From positions 640,001-704,000 of the forward strand of contig CH464491.1 of the NCBI GenBank assembly GCA_000002445.1: a stretch of 64,000 nucleotides of DNA. Direction: 5' to 3'. The DNA is from Trypanosoma brucei. Its lineage: Eukaryota. The notes beneath the pieces are model-generated. The model was not told where the DNA came from. It saw only the letters and a program-made list of their open reading frames with translations, and ran no database searches. Made by a program: the position numbers and the translations under genes. Numbering within the stretch: the first letter of the stretch is position 1; each line of letters opens with the position of its first letter. Positions 34,288-44,585 of this stretch are shown piece by piece.

Positions 34288-37200
34288 TCAGCGCTTGTTT
34301 CTATAGAGCAGGGCAGCTGCTCCGGACTTCTCACCGAGGGACACGGATCCATCAGTCCACAATTCGTAGTGCTCTCGCCGCGGTGGCTCCTTCCCCCTCC
34401 GTGCAAAATGCCGTGCAATCCACTTTTCGGAAGCCTCCCTTTTGACATCGTCAGGGTCATCAGCGCACACAGGCTTTATCTGCGTGTGAAATAGTGGTCG
34501 GCAGCTGTGGCGGAGCGTCGATGTCTCTAGTGGGTGCTCGCGTGGCTCAATGCGGAGGTGGGGGTAGAACCGCATGATGCGGGAATGTGAGGCTCTGTCT
34601 GGGTGTTTGCTGTGGTATACTTCTTCAGCACTGCGCCGCAAACATCCGCCTCGTGACTCACACATCAGCATGAATTTCATGCTGCGCACAAGAGTGGTCG
34701 TCTTGAGTGGCAGGAGGTTTGCTTCCAGCAGAGAGTCCTCTTTGCGTGTCCCATGGGGTATGCCAGCTATGATGCAACTGGCTTTGTGTTGTGCTGCTGC
34801 AAGGAGATCGCGACTTCGTTCCGAAGCGTCCCAGTACCATACCTCAATGCCATACATGGTGTGTGCCTGTACGAGTGCTAGATAAAAAGCTCTCAGCACT
34901 TGTCGTCTTGGCCCCCATGTAGAAGCTGAGATGGCTGCTATCTGCAGTAGTCTGAAGTCCATCTTGCGTCTCGTTTCGGTCGTATGTGTTGCCATCCCTT
35001 GCAGACACTGGAATGTTACTCCTAGAAGCTTCGGTGTCCTGTCAGCTCCTATTCTTTCGCCGTCCAGTTGTAATGTAAGGGGGTGGCGCTCTATACACCC
35101 GAAGAGTTTGCACTTTGTTTTCGCTACGTTGACAGACATGAAATACTCTTTTGACCACTGTAACACCACGTTGAGACCGCATTGTAGTGTGTGGTTGATG
35201 ACATCCCTCTCGGTGTGCCTCGCAAGTAGCGTTAGGTCGTCTGCAAAGAATCCGTGCTGCAGTAACGGCACTTCTACAAGCCGCTGGCTCAACGAGTTCA
35301 TGACAATAATGAACATGATTGGGCCAAGGACAGTTCCTTGTGGCACTCCTCGCTCAAATGTTCTGCTTCTGGAAAGCTTCTCCTTGAATCTCACTCTGCC
35401 AGTTCGGTTACTCAGAAATGATACGCACCACTTCACAATGTGGGGTGATACCTTCATTCTGTGCATTTCCCTCGCAATTCTGTTGTGTTCTACTGTATCA
35501 AATGCCTTCTCGTAGTCAACGAATATAGCACCCGTACGAGATTGGTGCGTGGGACGGCAGAGGGCAGCGCGGACGTGCAGGAGTTGTTCGAGCGTTGAGC
35601 ATCCGCGGCGAAAGCCTGATTGCTGCGCCGTCAGCTGGGACTCAACAGTGTCTCTAAGCCTCGTGGCAATTATGCGCTCCATGACTTTGCATAGACAGCT
35701 CGTGAGCGTCACAGGCCTGTAAGAATCGAGGTCCTCCGCCTTTTTTCCGGCCTTCAGGATGGGGATGATAACACCAATCTTCCATGCAGGCGGCACGACT
35801 CCCGTTCGTAGGCTCTCATTGAATAGCCTCAGAACAACATTCAGCGCTGTTCTGCCGAGGTGTTGTAGTGCCTCGTTGTGTAAGCAATCAGGTCCGGCTG
35901 CGGATCCACTCGGTAGCAGTTTGATCGATCTCCGTAGTTCAGCCATCGTGATGGGACTGAACTCACTCGCTATCGTCTTTATTGGTGCCGGTGGGTGTGA
36001 GTCGGGGTGTCTTCTTGCGCGGGACGAGTACAGTTTAATGAACCTCTCAGCTTGACAGTAGTCCGTGATGGCCGCGTTATCAACAAGTACAGCCGGTGTG
36101 GTTAGTGGTCGTGGCGCATATACCTTCTTGACAATGTGCCAACTGCAGCGGTCTGACACCGCAAGTCTGGAGCATAGCGTGCTCCATCTCTTCTTTGTGG
36201 TACGGTCCAGGATCTGCTTACGCGTGGCTACCAACTTTTCCCTTCGGTGGGAGGGTCCGCATCCAGCGATCTCTTCATCGAGTTTCGCGAGCTCAGGTGT
36301 CCAATGTGGTGGCGTTGCTCTGCAGCCACGGGGGACGGAGACCTTCGTCGCAATGCGGATGGCGGAGCTCAATTTCTGTTCCAGGGTGTTGACGTTCTTC
36401 TCTCTACCAATTTTCCTGCAGAGCTCGTCAACCTTGAGACGGAAATTCCTCCAGTTAGCTTTTAGCCATGCGTACATGGGCTTTCGAAGCCGCGGGCAAC
36501 TCAGTGCATCTGTGTCGTCTCCAACGATAACGTCGAAAAATATGTGATGGTGATCGCTATCGGGAGAATACAGCGATGTCCACGTGTACACTGTGCAATT
36601 CCTTGACAGTGTCACATCAGGGGTGGACTCCCCGTGGTGGCGCGCGTACCTGGTGCACTCACCAGTGTTGCAGACCAGAAACTGGTTGTCAATGCACCAC
36701 TGTGTGAGGGTTTCACCCTTGGTATTTGGTGGGCTCGCGCGATCCCATGCCAACGCGTGTGCGTTAGCGTCTGCACCGATGAGCTGGGCACCGTCAGTCG
36801 TCAGAAGCGTATCTAGGTCAGTTGCCGTGAAGGTGTGTTTTGGTGGGATGTATGCCGACGTGACAGTCAGCGCCGTTCCACGTGCAAGGTGAATTGTTGC
36901 ATGCACTTGTTCAATGCGACCAATAACGGCCATACCGGTCTCGACTGGTAGGTCCTCCCTCACTAGTATTGATACACCACCTCCTTTGCAGTTACGAGCT
37001 ATTCCGTAATGTTGGTAGCCAGCAACGCTAAAGCAAGCCGCCTCTCCAGGCGTCATCCTTGTCTCGCTCAACAGACAAAAGGCGATCCGCTCATCAACAA
37101 GGGTTTTGTGGAGTGCTAATCTCTTTCCTTGAGATAGCCCGACGCAGTTCCACTGCATCCCGCGCAACGACGGGCCGGGATTCTCTTCCACATCACCGGA

Positions 37201-37425
37201 CAGCAGCATCTTAGTGCGGATGATACTGCTGATGGCACGCTGGCACGTGCCCAGGGACCGACAAATGAAAGACGGTGTCCCAGCAAGACGCTGCTGATCC
37301 CTGTGCTGTATGATGCCGTAGCCGGAGCACAGCAGTGTTCCCCATGAAAGGAACGCTGCTGGCTCTTGGCTTCCCCCGATGATACGGGGTACTGGACCCT
37401 GGCACCACGTTGAGGTGGCCGGCAT
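34288..37425 (-). pseudogene. ingi ORF, 5' portion (2A peptide, APE-like endonuclease, reverse transcriptase, start of RNase H); frame broken near 34162-34288
   Basis: ATG at element position 9. RT motifs (VTLTSCLCKVMERII; FVDYEKAFDTV; FFADDLTLLA). RNase H DGS motif at the C-terminal end (ELWTDGSVSLGEKSGAAALLY). Confidence 0.8.
37161..37184 (-). other. 2A-like co-translational 'self-cleaving' peptide motif (DVEENPGP) near the N-terminus of the ingi ORF
   Basis: Translation SGDVEENPG|PS, the canonical D-x-E-x-NPGP 2A signature. Confidence 0.75.
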
Positions 37426-37433
37426 CGCCAGGG

Positions 37434-37445
37434 TATTCAGGGGAA
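37434..37445. repeat. Target-site duplication (TATTCAGGGGAA), 5' side of ingi
   Basis: See 32168-32179. Confidence 0.8.
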
Positions 37446-37740
37446 CTGCGCCCGCAGAAAATAATACACACAAATGGGAACTGCCCGGTCTTGGCAGAAG
37501 AACTTAAACACTTCCCGCTATCACTTTAAATACTGCGAGCCACGCTGTCACAACGAGACAACGGGGGCTCCAACCCAAACGATCCAGGGCCGGAGTTACC
37601 GCGCAATTGATTGGTGTAATAAACGGGGGAGGGCCAACCAGAGGAGGCAGCGGTAATATTTACTAAATGCAAAATGGTATTAATCCAGTGGGTCATTGAT
37701 GCGGCATTGCGGCGCTAAAGGGCTGCGCAGCGGGCCCCTT

Positions 37741-39462
37741 AATATACAAAGTTGGTTCTCAGTTCATAATTCTTGATAATGTTATCGTTGAAACTTGCGA
37801 CGATTAGTGTAATTCCATACGGCGCATACCTGCCCTGGGATTGCCCCTATCTTCTTTGCCAAAGGGCTCTCACTGACCAACATTGCCGAATAGCACACCG
37901 ATTAACAAAAGAAAAAAAGTAATCGAATGCACTTGCGGGAATGTAGAAGTCTCTGAAAATTAACTGCAGCGACAACTCAACCACGTTTTCCAGCGGTCAG
38001 AGGGGCGGGCCACAGAACCGGCAACTGGGGAATGCAACATTATACGGCACTTGGCGTGTGCGCTCGGAACTCACCGTATCCCGTGGTGGCGGGAAGGGGC
38101 GGGTAAGAGAAGCAAAACCCCCAAACCTTCTGGCACCCGCTTCCCAATCAATAAAAGTGACATCGCAACACACGAAACAAACGGCTTAGTGTGAAAAGGC
38201 AAGTTTACTGAAGACGAAGGGTGACAGCGCCGGCTCAGTAGGAACCAAGGGTGCAAAACCCCGCGAACCTTCTGTTTGGGCCCCGTTCGAATGAGAATAT
38301 GTTATGGTGCAGGTGCCGGGTGGTTTTCCACTCGGCCCAAATAAGCAAGCACAGCTGAAGAACCGCGGCTGGGGAATTTGCGGGGAAGGTGGTGCGCAAA
38401 GGGATGATCGAATATTGCGGAACACTCGGGGCCAAAGAGGGCCAGTTTCCCGATACGTGGATGCGGCCATATCCCTGCAACAACAAAAAAAAACACTTCA
38501 CAAGCGGCCCAGTTCAGCGGAAAGATGGCGGTTCGAAACGGACAACTGGCTTCCCTTTCCGTGAGGAAAACATGGTGAGCCTCCCATCCCAATAATTTAT
38601 ATCAAAACATTTGCACTGGAAGACTTGAAGGCTAACGAACTGGACGGCGGGAAGAGGACCCACACATTGCAAAGGGGAAGGTGGATTGGGAAAAGGATTT
38701 CGCTGGGTGTGACCGCCATCGCCTTAATCGGGTGGGGAAAAAAGGATAAAACAGCATAGGGGCGCTGGGAGGTTGGGCAGCAGCTATCGTGCGGAATTGG
38801 TGGTGGTGGGGGTATGGTTGAATAGGCTACTAAAATAAATAAATAAATAATGAAGGACAAACCTTCGTCGTGGATAACATCGCAGGCATTGGCAGGCACT
38901 ATTTCTCTTAAGGCATCTTCCACATCGGGTGGAAGATGGAATATTTTTGTGTGTGTTATATAGTGGTCAGTTCCGACGTTCATTAGTAGCAACGCGGTGA
39001 TATCAAAATTTACTGTTTTTTTGTTTTTTTTTTTAGTTGCGGCATGGAGGAAAATGAATTAGCGGACGAAGTCGCAGATAAGAGAAACAAACGCACTTAT
39101 TAATTTTGAAGCTAGTGCGACGAGTTCTAAAGCTCTCCAAGTTGTTGGAACAAGAAGAAACCCATCACCATGCAGTATACGCCCAAAGGGAACATAAGAA
39201 GCGCGTCAACATCTTTCCCTCAGTTAATGACCATTATCCTACTCCCCCAATGTTGCAAACGAAACCAAAACGTCACCATATTTCGAAAAGCAATTAAAAG
39301 GTCCCAGTCGCCTTATGAAGCATTGGTGTTCTGCAGAATAACAAAGGTGGCACAATGAGTTTTTCAACAGTTACATAAAAGGGGAAGAAAATAAAAAGGA
39401 TAAGAAAACGGATCTTCTGGCAAACTCAGCTTCCTCGCCGTGAATGGCGGTAGCGGGTAACG
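37741..39462. repeat. Inner inverted-repeat arm (right)
   Basis: Reverse complement of 30416-32137 at ~99% identity. Confidence 0.9.
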
Positions 39463-40732
39463 TCATGTATAACTATAAAAAAATATATGAAATGTCAATA
39501 CTTTTTGTAATCCCTATGTCTCCTCCTCGTGCTGTTGCCCGCCAAAAAGTGATACTCTTTCATTAGAGTGCGTCAATTACCTTAAAGTGTCGCTCAATCT
39601 GCAATTCCCTATATTCAGTGGGAAAGGCGAAGGAAAGTAATGTTGCTTCTATGCTTCACTTGCCGGCACCGATGTGCAGTTGCTACTAGAGACAAAAAGA
39701 AATCCCCCTACTACGCTAAATAGAGAAGAACCAAGCAGAGAACGAAACCAGAAAGGAGGGTTCATTGGATAGAACGAAGCAAATATACGGAACAAAGAAT
39801 GAAATTTTTAAAAAAGGTGAAACTTTGTTGTTGGTGTTGATCATCACTCATTCATTTACCTCACTATTCGGTTGTCCTCCAGTGTTTCGGCCGCATGGCT
39901 CCTCATGAAGAAACAACCTGACAGGAAGGTTAAGTTCAACAAAATGCCCCTGTCACAAGCGTTTGGGGGGCAATGAGGTGACGTTTTATTACAAAAGTAA
40001 AAAAGAATTCTGACGCTCATTACAGAAATACGAAACAAAATTTAATGCCACCGTTTGTACTTACTGGAAATGTGGTGCGCACTTTGTGCTGCGGCCTTTA
40101 AAAAAATAATAATAATAATAATAATCAAGTAAACAGAAAATAGTATCGATCGTGGGAGGGAAAAAGGTATCAGAGCGAATGCACGGGCGACTATATATGT
40201 ATACAAATTCATATAAGCATATATATATGTGCACCTTCTGCCTCTAATGCATTTAAGTTCATGCATGGGTTTAGAAAGGAACGACGACAGAGGAGTGAAT
40301 ATTCTCACGATACATATGCGTATGCCTCCTCCGCAAACAGTTCCCCTTTCCCCATTTCTTATCTTCGATTTCTGCGTCGAAGTTGCTTTACCCCTGCTGA
40401 AACAATTCGAGTAAAGAACAAACAGTATCACACACAAAAAAAGTAAAAGAGTAAAAGATACATTTTAAAACAAAACAGTGAAGACAAAAAAAGCTTTCTA
40501 ACGCTAACAAAACTGAAGAAAGAAACTCCTGAGGGATATTGGTCAATCCTCCCTATTTGCGGTATTTTTTTTTCTCCCTACTTATATTTATTTACGCTCC
40601 ACTTTCTTTCTTTTCTCCCCGCCTCGCCAAGGAAACCTGCAACTACAGATCAGTTTGAAATATTTTAATTTCACATTCCTCGTTCCGCACGTTGTGGGGT
40701 TCCTACCTCTTTTTCGTTGACGCGCCCATGCG

Positions 40733-41401
40733 TTACGTCGAACTCGGAACAACTTTAAACTTCGCGAGCTCAGTGGCCATTTGCTGGGCAACAATGGCGC
40801 TGCACGCCGCATATTTTGGTAGTGCCGACCCAATGAATACCGGAATGAGACTCGCAAGTTGTTTAATCTCCGCGTTGAGAGTTTTCTTGGCCTGATCATA
40901 CTTTGCGAAGGCGGCATCACGGTCCTTGGATTCTTTTATGAACGATTTACTTTCCGTGAGGGGTTTGTCCTTCTTTGCGTAACTCTTCTCAGTTTCCTCC
41001 ACGTTATACTTGTGTTTGTCGTATGCGTGCCTGAGGGCCACGGCATTGTTGTAAAGTCGCATAACCTTTTCCTGCTGTATTTTGATGGGACGACCTGCTT
41101 CCTTCACATTGGTTACGAAGTCTTGCTGCAGGGTCGAAAGCATCGGGCCAATCTTAAGTTTCCGCACTTCCCCTTCGAAACTCACTGCCAACGAAGCCGC
41201 TTGCCCATCCGTGCCGTGTGCGAACTCCACAAATGATTGCGATGTGTTCTCATACGCCTTTATCAAGGACTGGAACGCCTGAGTTGTGGCGGTGACATTC
41301 ACCTCAAATTTTTCTATCACCTTCCCCAGACCTCGGATATACGCTCCCTTGTCGTCGAGATCCTTATCAACTGTTTCGGGGATGTTGCTGCAGCAGGGCA
41401 T
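40733..41401 (-). CDS. Flabarin-like paralogue of 28016-28672 (N-terminus MPCCSN: Gly2 lost, Cys3/Cys4 retained)
   Basis: 222 aa, collinear with the plus-strand paralogue (FVEFAHGTDGQ / FVELAHGTDGN; EKSYAKKDKP / EKSYAKKNKP). Last gene of the minus-strand array. Confidence 0.5.
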   Translation of the reverse strand: MPCCSNIPETVDKDLDDKGAYIRGLGKVIEKFEVNVTATTQAFQSLIKAYENTSQSFVEFAHGTDGQAASLAVSFEGEVRKLKIGPMLSTLQQDFVTNVKEAGRPIKIQQEKVMRLYNNAVALRHAYDKHKYNVEETEKSYAKKDKPLTESKSFIKESKDRDAAFAKYDQAKKTLNAEIKQLASLIPVFIGSALPKYAACSAIVAQQMATELAKFKVVPSST

Positions 41402-41443
41402 AATTGCTCCTTTTCTTCTCTGTCTTGCTTACCGTGTCTTGCT

Positions 41444-42230
41444 TCTCGACAATGTTTATTGATTGTAATCCTGAAAGCTGAGATATTACTGAAAGGAAAA
41501 GAAAAAAAAAGGGTAGAAGCATAGGCATAAGGGAACACACACATTCACATACATACGCATATATATCTGGGTTCACACAAAACTGATGTTAAGCAACACC
41601 ACTCTGTGACAAAGTTCTGATGGAAATCCACATGCAACATAAATGATGATGGAAGAAAAATGTTTCCAATGAAATAGCTCACAGTGGTGTCATGTTCGTT
41701 GGATCCCTAAGGAAAAGTGTGTGGAAAATATCATTGAAGAACGTTGGATGATATTTGCAGGCGCGACGGCAGTCCGGACTGAAGGTGATTTCGAGTAACG
41801 AAGGCTCAAGTGTCAAAGCGCCCGTTTCAACACAGCGCTCCGTCCGTAGCATAACATCCACACCATACATCGCACGGCATCGACTGTGATCCCCACCCCT
41901 CGTTACCACCATGCCAAATGCTTCACGAAGCATTTTCAGAATCTTCGGATATGCAATTTTTTCCCATGCTGCTTCACCGTAACCACTCGAGGCATATTCC
42001 TCGTTAAACTCTTTCACAAAGTCATGGTCATGCAACTGAAGCAATGCCTCGGGGTTGGTGTAATTCATAACCGTCCAGTGCTTTTCGTAGCAGTCAAAAT
42101 CGTCGAGTGAATATTCCTTTAGCGCAAATCGAGTCCAGAAAGTGTTATAGACGTACGCCTCCATGGAGGAGGAATGCTCCGACGTAAAGGAATTTACTGC
42201 CACGATGAAACGAAGGTCAAATTTCCGCTT
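41444..42230. repeat. Outer inverted-repeat arm (right), covering the TTL 3' coding end plus about 280 bp downstream
   Basis: Reverse complement of 27079-27853. Confidence 0.85.
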
Positions 42231-43619
42231 GCGCAGCGTCGCTGTGTTGGCGATATACTTACAGATTACCTTAGGTCCTGTTTCCACGGCTCTCAGCAGT
42301 TCAGTGAGGTTGGACGAAAGCGTCATGTCGATGCTTCGTGCCAAATTGGTGGGTTTGCTAATCCATAAATTTGTCCCGTCGTTGCTGCGCAACTTGCCGA
42401 TATCCTCATAGGTAACCAATGGGTCTGTATCAATCTTCTTGTCTAATGCGGCCTTGCGCACGATGAAGTCACCAATTAGTTCCTTTAGCTGTGTCGTCGA
42501 ATCGTAACTTGTTTGATACCAGTCGACGTAACCATAGGTCTCCTGAATTAGTCGTAACAGCCCCTGTTTACTTGTGAACTCAGACTCCTCAGGGAACTGC
42601 GAAATATATTGTGCGTGCCCATAGTCGTTTAAACCCTCGATAGAATGGTGAACAACCCATACGATGTGCGCTTCCTGCGGCAGATCGACCACCACAAAGT
42701 GATTCGCATCAGTGAGATTTTGTGAAAGCTGTTGACTGTCCGTGAAAACACGGAGCGGGCCACTCGGACACCTCTCCACCGGCGCTAGCGCACTCTGTTC
42801 CCGTTGGGCACGTCTTCCAGGAACGCTTTCCAAACGTTTCACCAGACGTCGCCACGCTTCTACGCAAAGAAGTTGGGCGGAGCGGTAGGGATCTTCTTCT
42901 GTTTCTTCCTCGTGTCGTGTGTTGTATATAAGCGACAGTATTTCCTTCCCGCTTGTCGCTTCGAGCGTTGATGCCGCCCGCCTCGTGGCAACTTCTTCCT
43001 CTTCCATGTCCTCTACGCACCACATCGCTGAGAACACACCGCCCTTTTCCGGGAAACAAATGGGTATCGGTTCCAACTTCATATTCGCTTTCTCATTCAC
43101 TACTGTTGTTATGGCGCTGCCCACTTCGTCATGGATAAACCAGTAGCTTTCGTACTGGGAATCATCTCCGTCCGCCGATGTCGGAAGGCGATACGAACCC
43201 ACCTTGTTCCACATGTGGTCAAATATCAGTTGCGCTCCATGTCTGTTATCGGCGCCCGAAAGGTTCACGGCCAAAACACGACCCAACCGCGTGCGGAGGG
43301 CCTCATTTGCTTCCAGATGAGCGCGAAAATCTCGCAGGCGGAAGGTACAGCAGTGATCAATAAGCCAAATATCGTCATTAGCCTTTAGATTCTTACTCGC
43401 CACAAGAACATAGTTACCAGCAGTTTCCGAGGACTGGTCCTCCGCGTCGACTTCATCCTCGTCCTCACGCGCTACAACCGCCAGCGAGAAAGAGGTTCCA
43501 GCGTCAAAGACGTCATTGACCAACTTTTCAAATAACGACCGCTGCAAGTGCTGAGGCACGCTGTGAACGACGAACCAGTCCGCTAGGACTCTCGAGAATG
43601 CTTCAAAGTCTTTCATCAT
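41679..43619 (-). CDS. TTL: Tubulin-tyrosine-ligase-like protein (TTL/TTLL family ATP-grasp)
   Basis: 646 aa. The C-terminal ~350 aa have the TTL-type ATP-grasp signature layout (ICKYIANTATLRKRKFDLRFIVAV...; GGDHSRCRAMYGVDVMLRTE). The N-terminal extension is unique. Confidence 0.65.
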   Translation of the reverse strand: MMKDFEAFSRVLADWFVVHSVPQHLQRSLFEKLVNDVFDAGTSFSLAVVAREDEDEVDAEDQSSETAGNYVLVASKNLKANDDIWLIDHCCTFRLRDFRAHLEANEALRTRLGRVLAVNLSGADNRHGAQLIFDHMWNKVGSYRLPTSADGDDSQYESYWFIHDEVGSAITTVVNEKANMKLEPIPICFPEKGGVFSAMWCVEDMEEEEVATRRAASTLEATSGKEILSLIYNTRHEEETEEDPYRSAQLLCVEAWRRLVKRLESVPGRRAQREQSALAPVERCPSGPLRVFTDSQQLSQNLTDANHFVVVDLPQEAHIVWVVHHSIEGLNDYGHAQYISQFPEESEFTSKQGLLRLIQETYGYVDWYQTSYDSTTQLKELIGDFIVRKAALDKKIDTDPLVTYEDIGKLRSNDGTNLWISKPTNLARSIDMTLSSNLTELLRAVETGPKVICKYIANTATLRKRKFDLRFIVAVNSFTSEHSSSMEAYVYNTFWTRFALKEYSLDDFDCYEKHWTVMNYTNPEALLQLHDHDFVKEFNEEYASSGYGEAAWEKIAYPKILKMLREAFGMVVTRGGDHSRCRAMYGVDVMLRTERCVETGALTLEPSLLEITFSPDCRRACKYHPTFFNDIFHTLFLRDPTNMTPL

Positions 43620-44585
43620 TTGTAAAACTGGTTATTGTTCGCGTTATTGCCCTGGTAGCCGGCTTATGAAACCGACCCTCAGTTGGCACCTCTAAGGATA
43701 GTAACCGATTGCCAGCCGCCTTTCTTTAGCTTCAAACTTCCACCGAAAACCACCGTTCCGCAGCTTGCTCAATGGTTTCGGTGCACCTGGGAGAGAAACA
43801 TAACAGATAGGGAAACAAGGGAAAAGGTCGGGTTTGGCGTGTAACCTCAAATGTTGGGACTCATTGTTACTGGCGCAAACGCAAAGGAGAAGATGAGCCT
43901 GCGGTCCCCTTTATGCATCAAAAAGTGCGAGGGAGAATACGCACCCCCCGTCACAGGATATACGAATGGGTGCCGACTACAACCACTTGGAGCAGGCTAC
44001 CGTACGGCGTCCCGCAACGGTGACTCTCCGGCCGTGATAAAAAAGTGGCAGCAATAACAATTGTTTCATCACCTACATCGAAAAGGATGGCACTGCCACC
44101 AAGGCACCGATTACCAACCCGATGTGCTCATGCACATAGAGGGGAAGTGCACAAAATTTAAAAAGCAACGACAACAACGAATGAGGCGCAGGAAGATGTA
44201 AGTGCAATCGAAAATACTTTATAAGGTGACACACCAGAAACATTTGTTCGAATGGGTGCCATGCCATGGCTTCATTTCAACTTGTTTCTACCTTTCTTAT
44301 CAGTAGGATTGATATATACTTCTTTCAATGAAGTATGTACATATATTTCTTCGATTCTTTGATTTCTCTATTCTGGAGTTGGATAAAACAGATGCTACTG
44401 TTATATGTACCTTCCTTTCACTCAACTTACTAGCTGTTACCGTTTTTCTTTTTAGTTTCCCATCTTTACATTATTTTCTGTCGCTCGTACTTTCAGTACC
44501 CACGCACTTCTTCTACCGCAAATAATGTGGTGATCCCAGTGTTACTCACCGCCAGCTTTCCGCTGCTGCTACCCCACTCATTCCA

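Larger units (their letters stand above)
32180..37433 (-). mobile_element. ingi-type non-LTR (LINE-like) retrotransposon, 5254 bp, full length with one frameshift
   Basis: 5' end (minus strand) reads CCCTGGCGATGCCGGCCACCTCAACGTGGTGCCAGGGTCCAGTACCCCGTATCATCGGGGGAAGCCAAGAGCCAGCAGCG, matching the ingi/RIME start as I recall it. 3' end is A12 (T-run 32180-32191 on the plus strand). 12-bp TSD. The single long ORF encodes a 2A peptide, an AP-endonuclease-like domain, reverse transcriptase (FADD motif), RNase H and C2H2 zinc fingers. Confidence 0.9.
28673..40732. other. Convergent strand-switch region (putative Pol II transcription termination zone) between plus- and minus-strand gene arrays
   Basis: All confident CDS left of 28672 are on the plus strand and all right of 40733 are on the minus strand. 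No conserved CDS in between apart from the retroelement. Confidence 0.7.

Noticed and set aside
37434-37473. Apparent N-terminal extension of the ingi ORF (MCVLFSAGAVPLNTLA) upstream of the element
   Set aside because: The frame happens to stay open through the TSD into flanking DNA. The element's own ATG is at position 9 (37425).

No other possible element boundary was identified.
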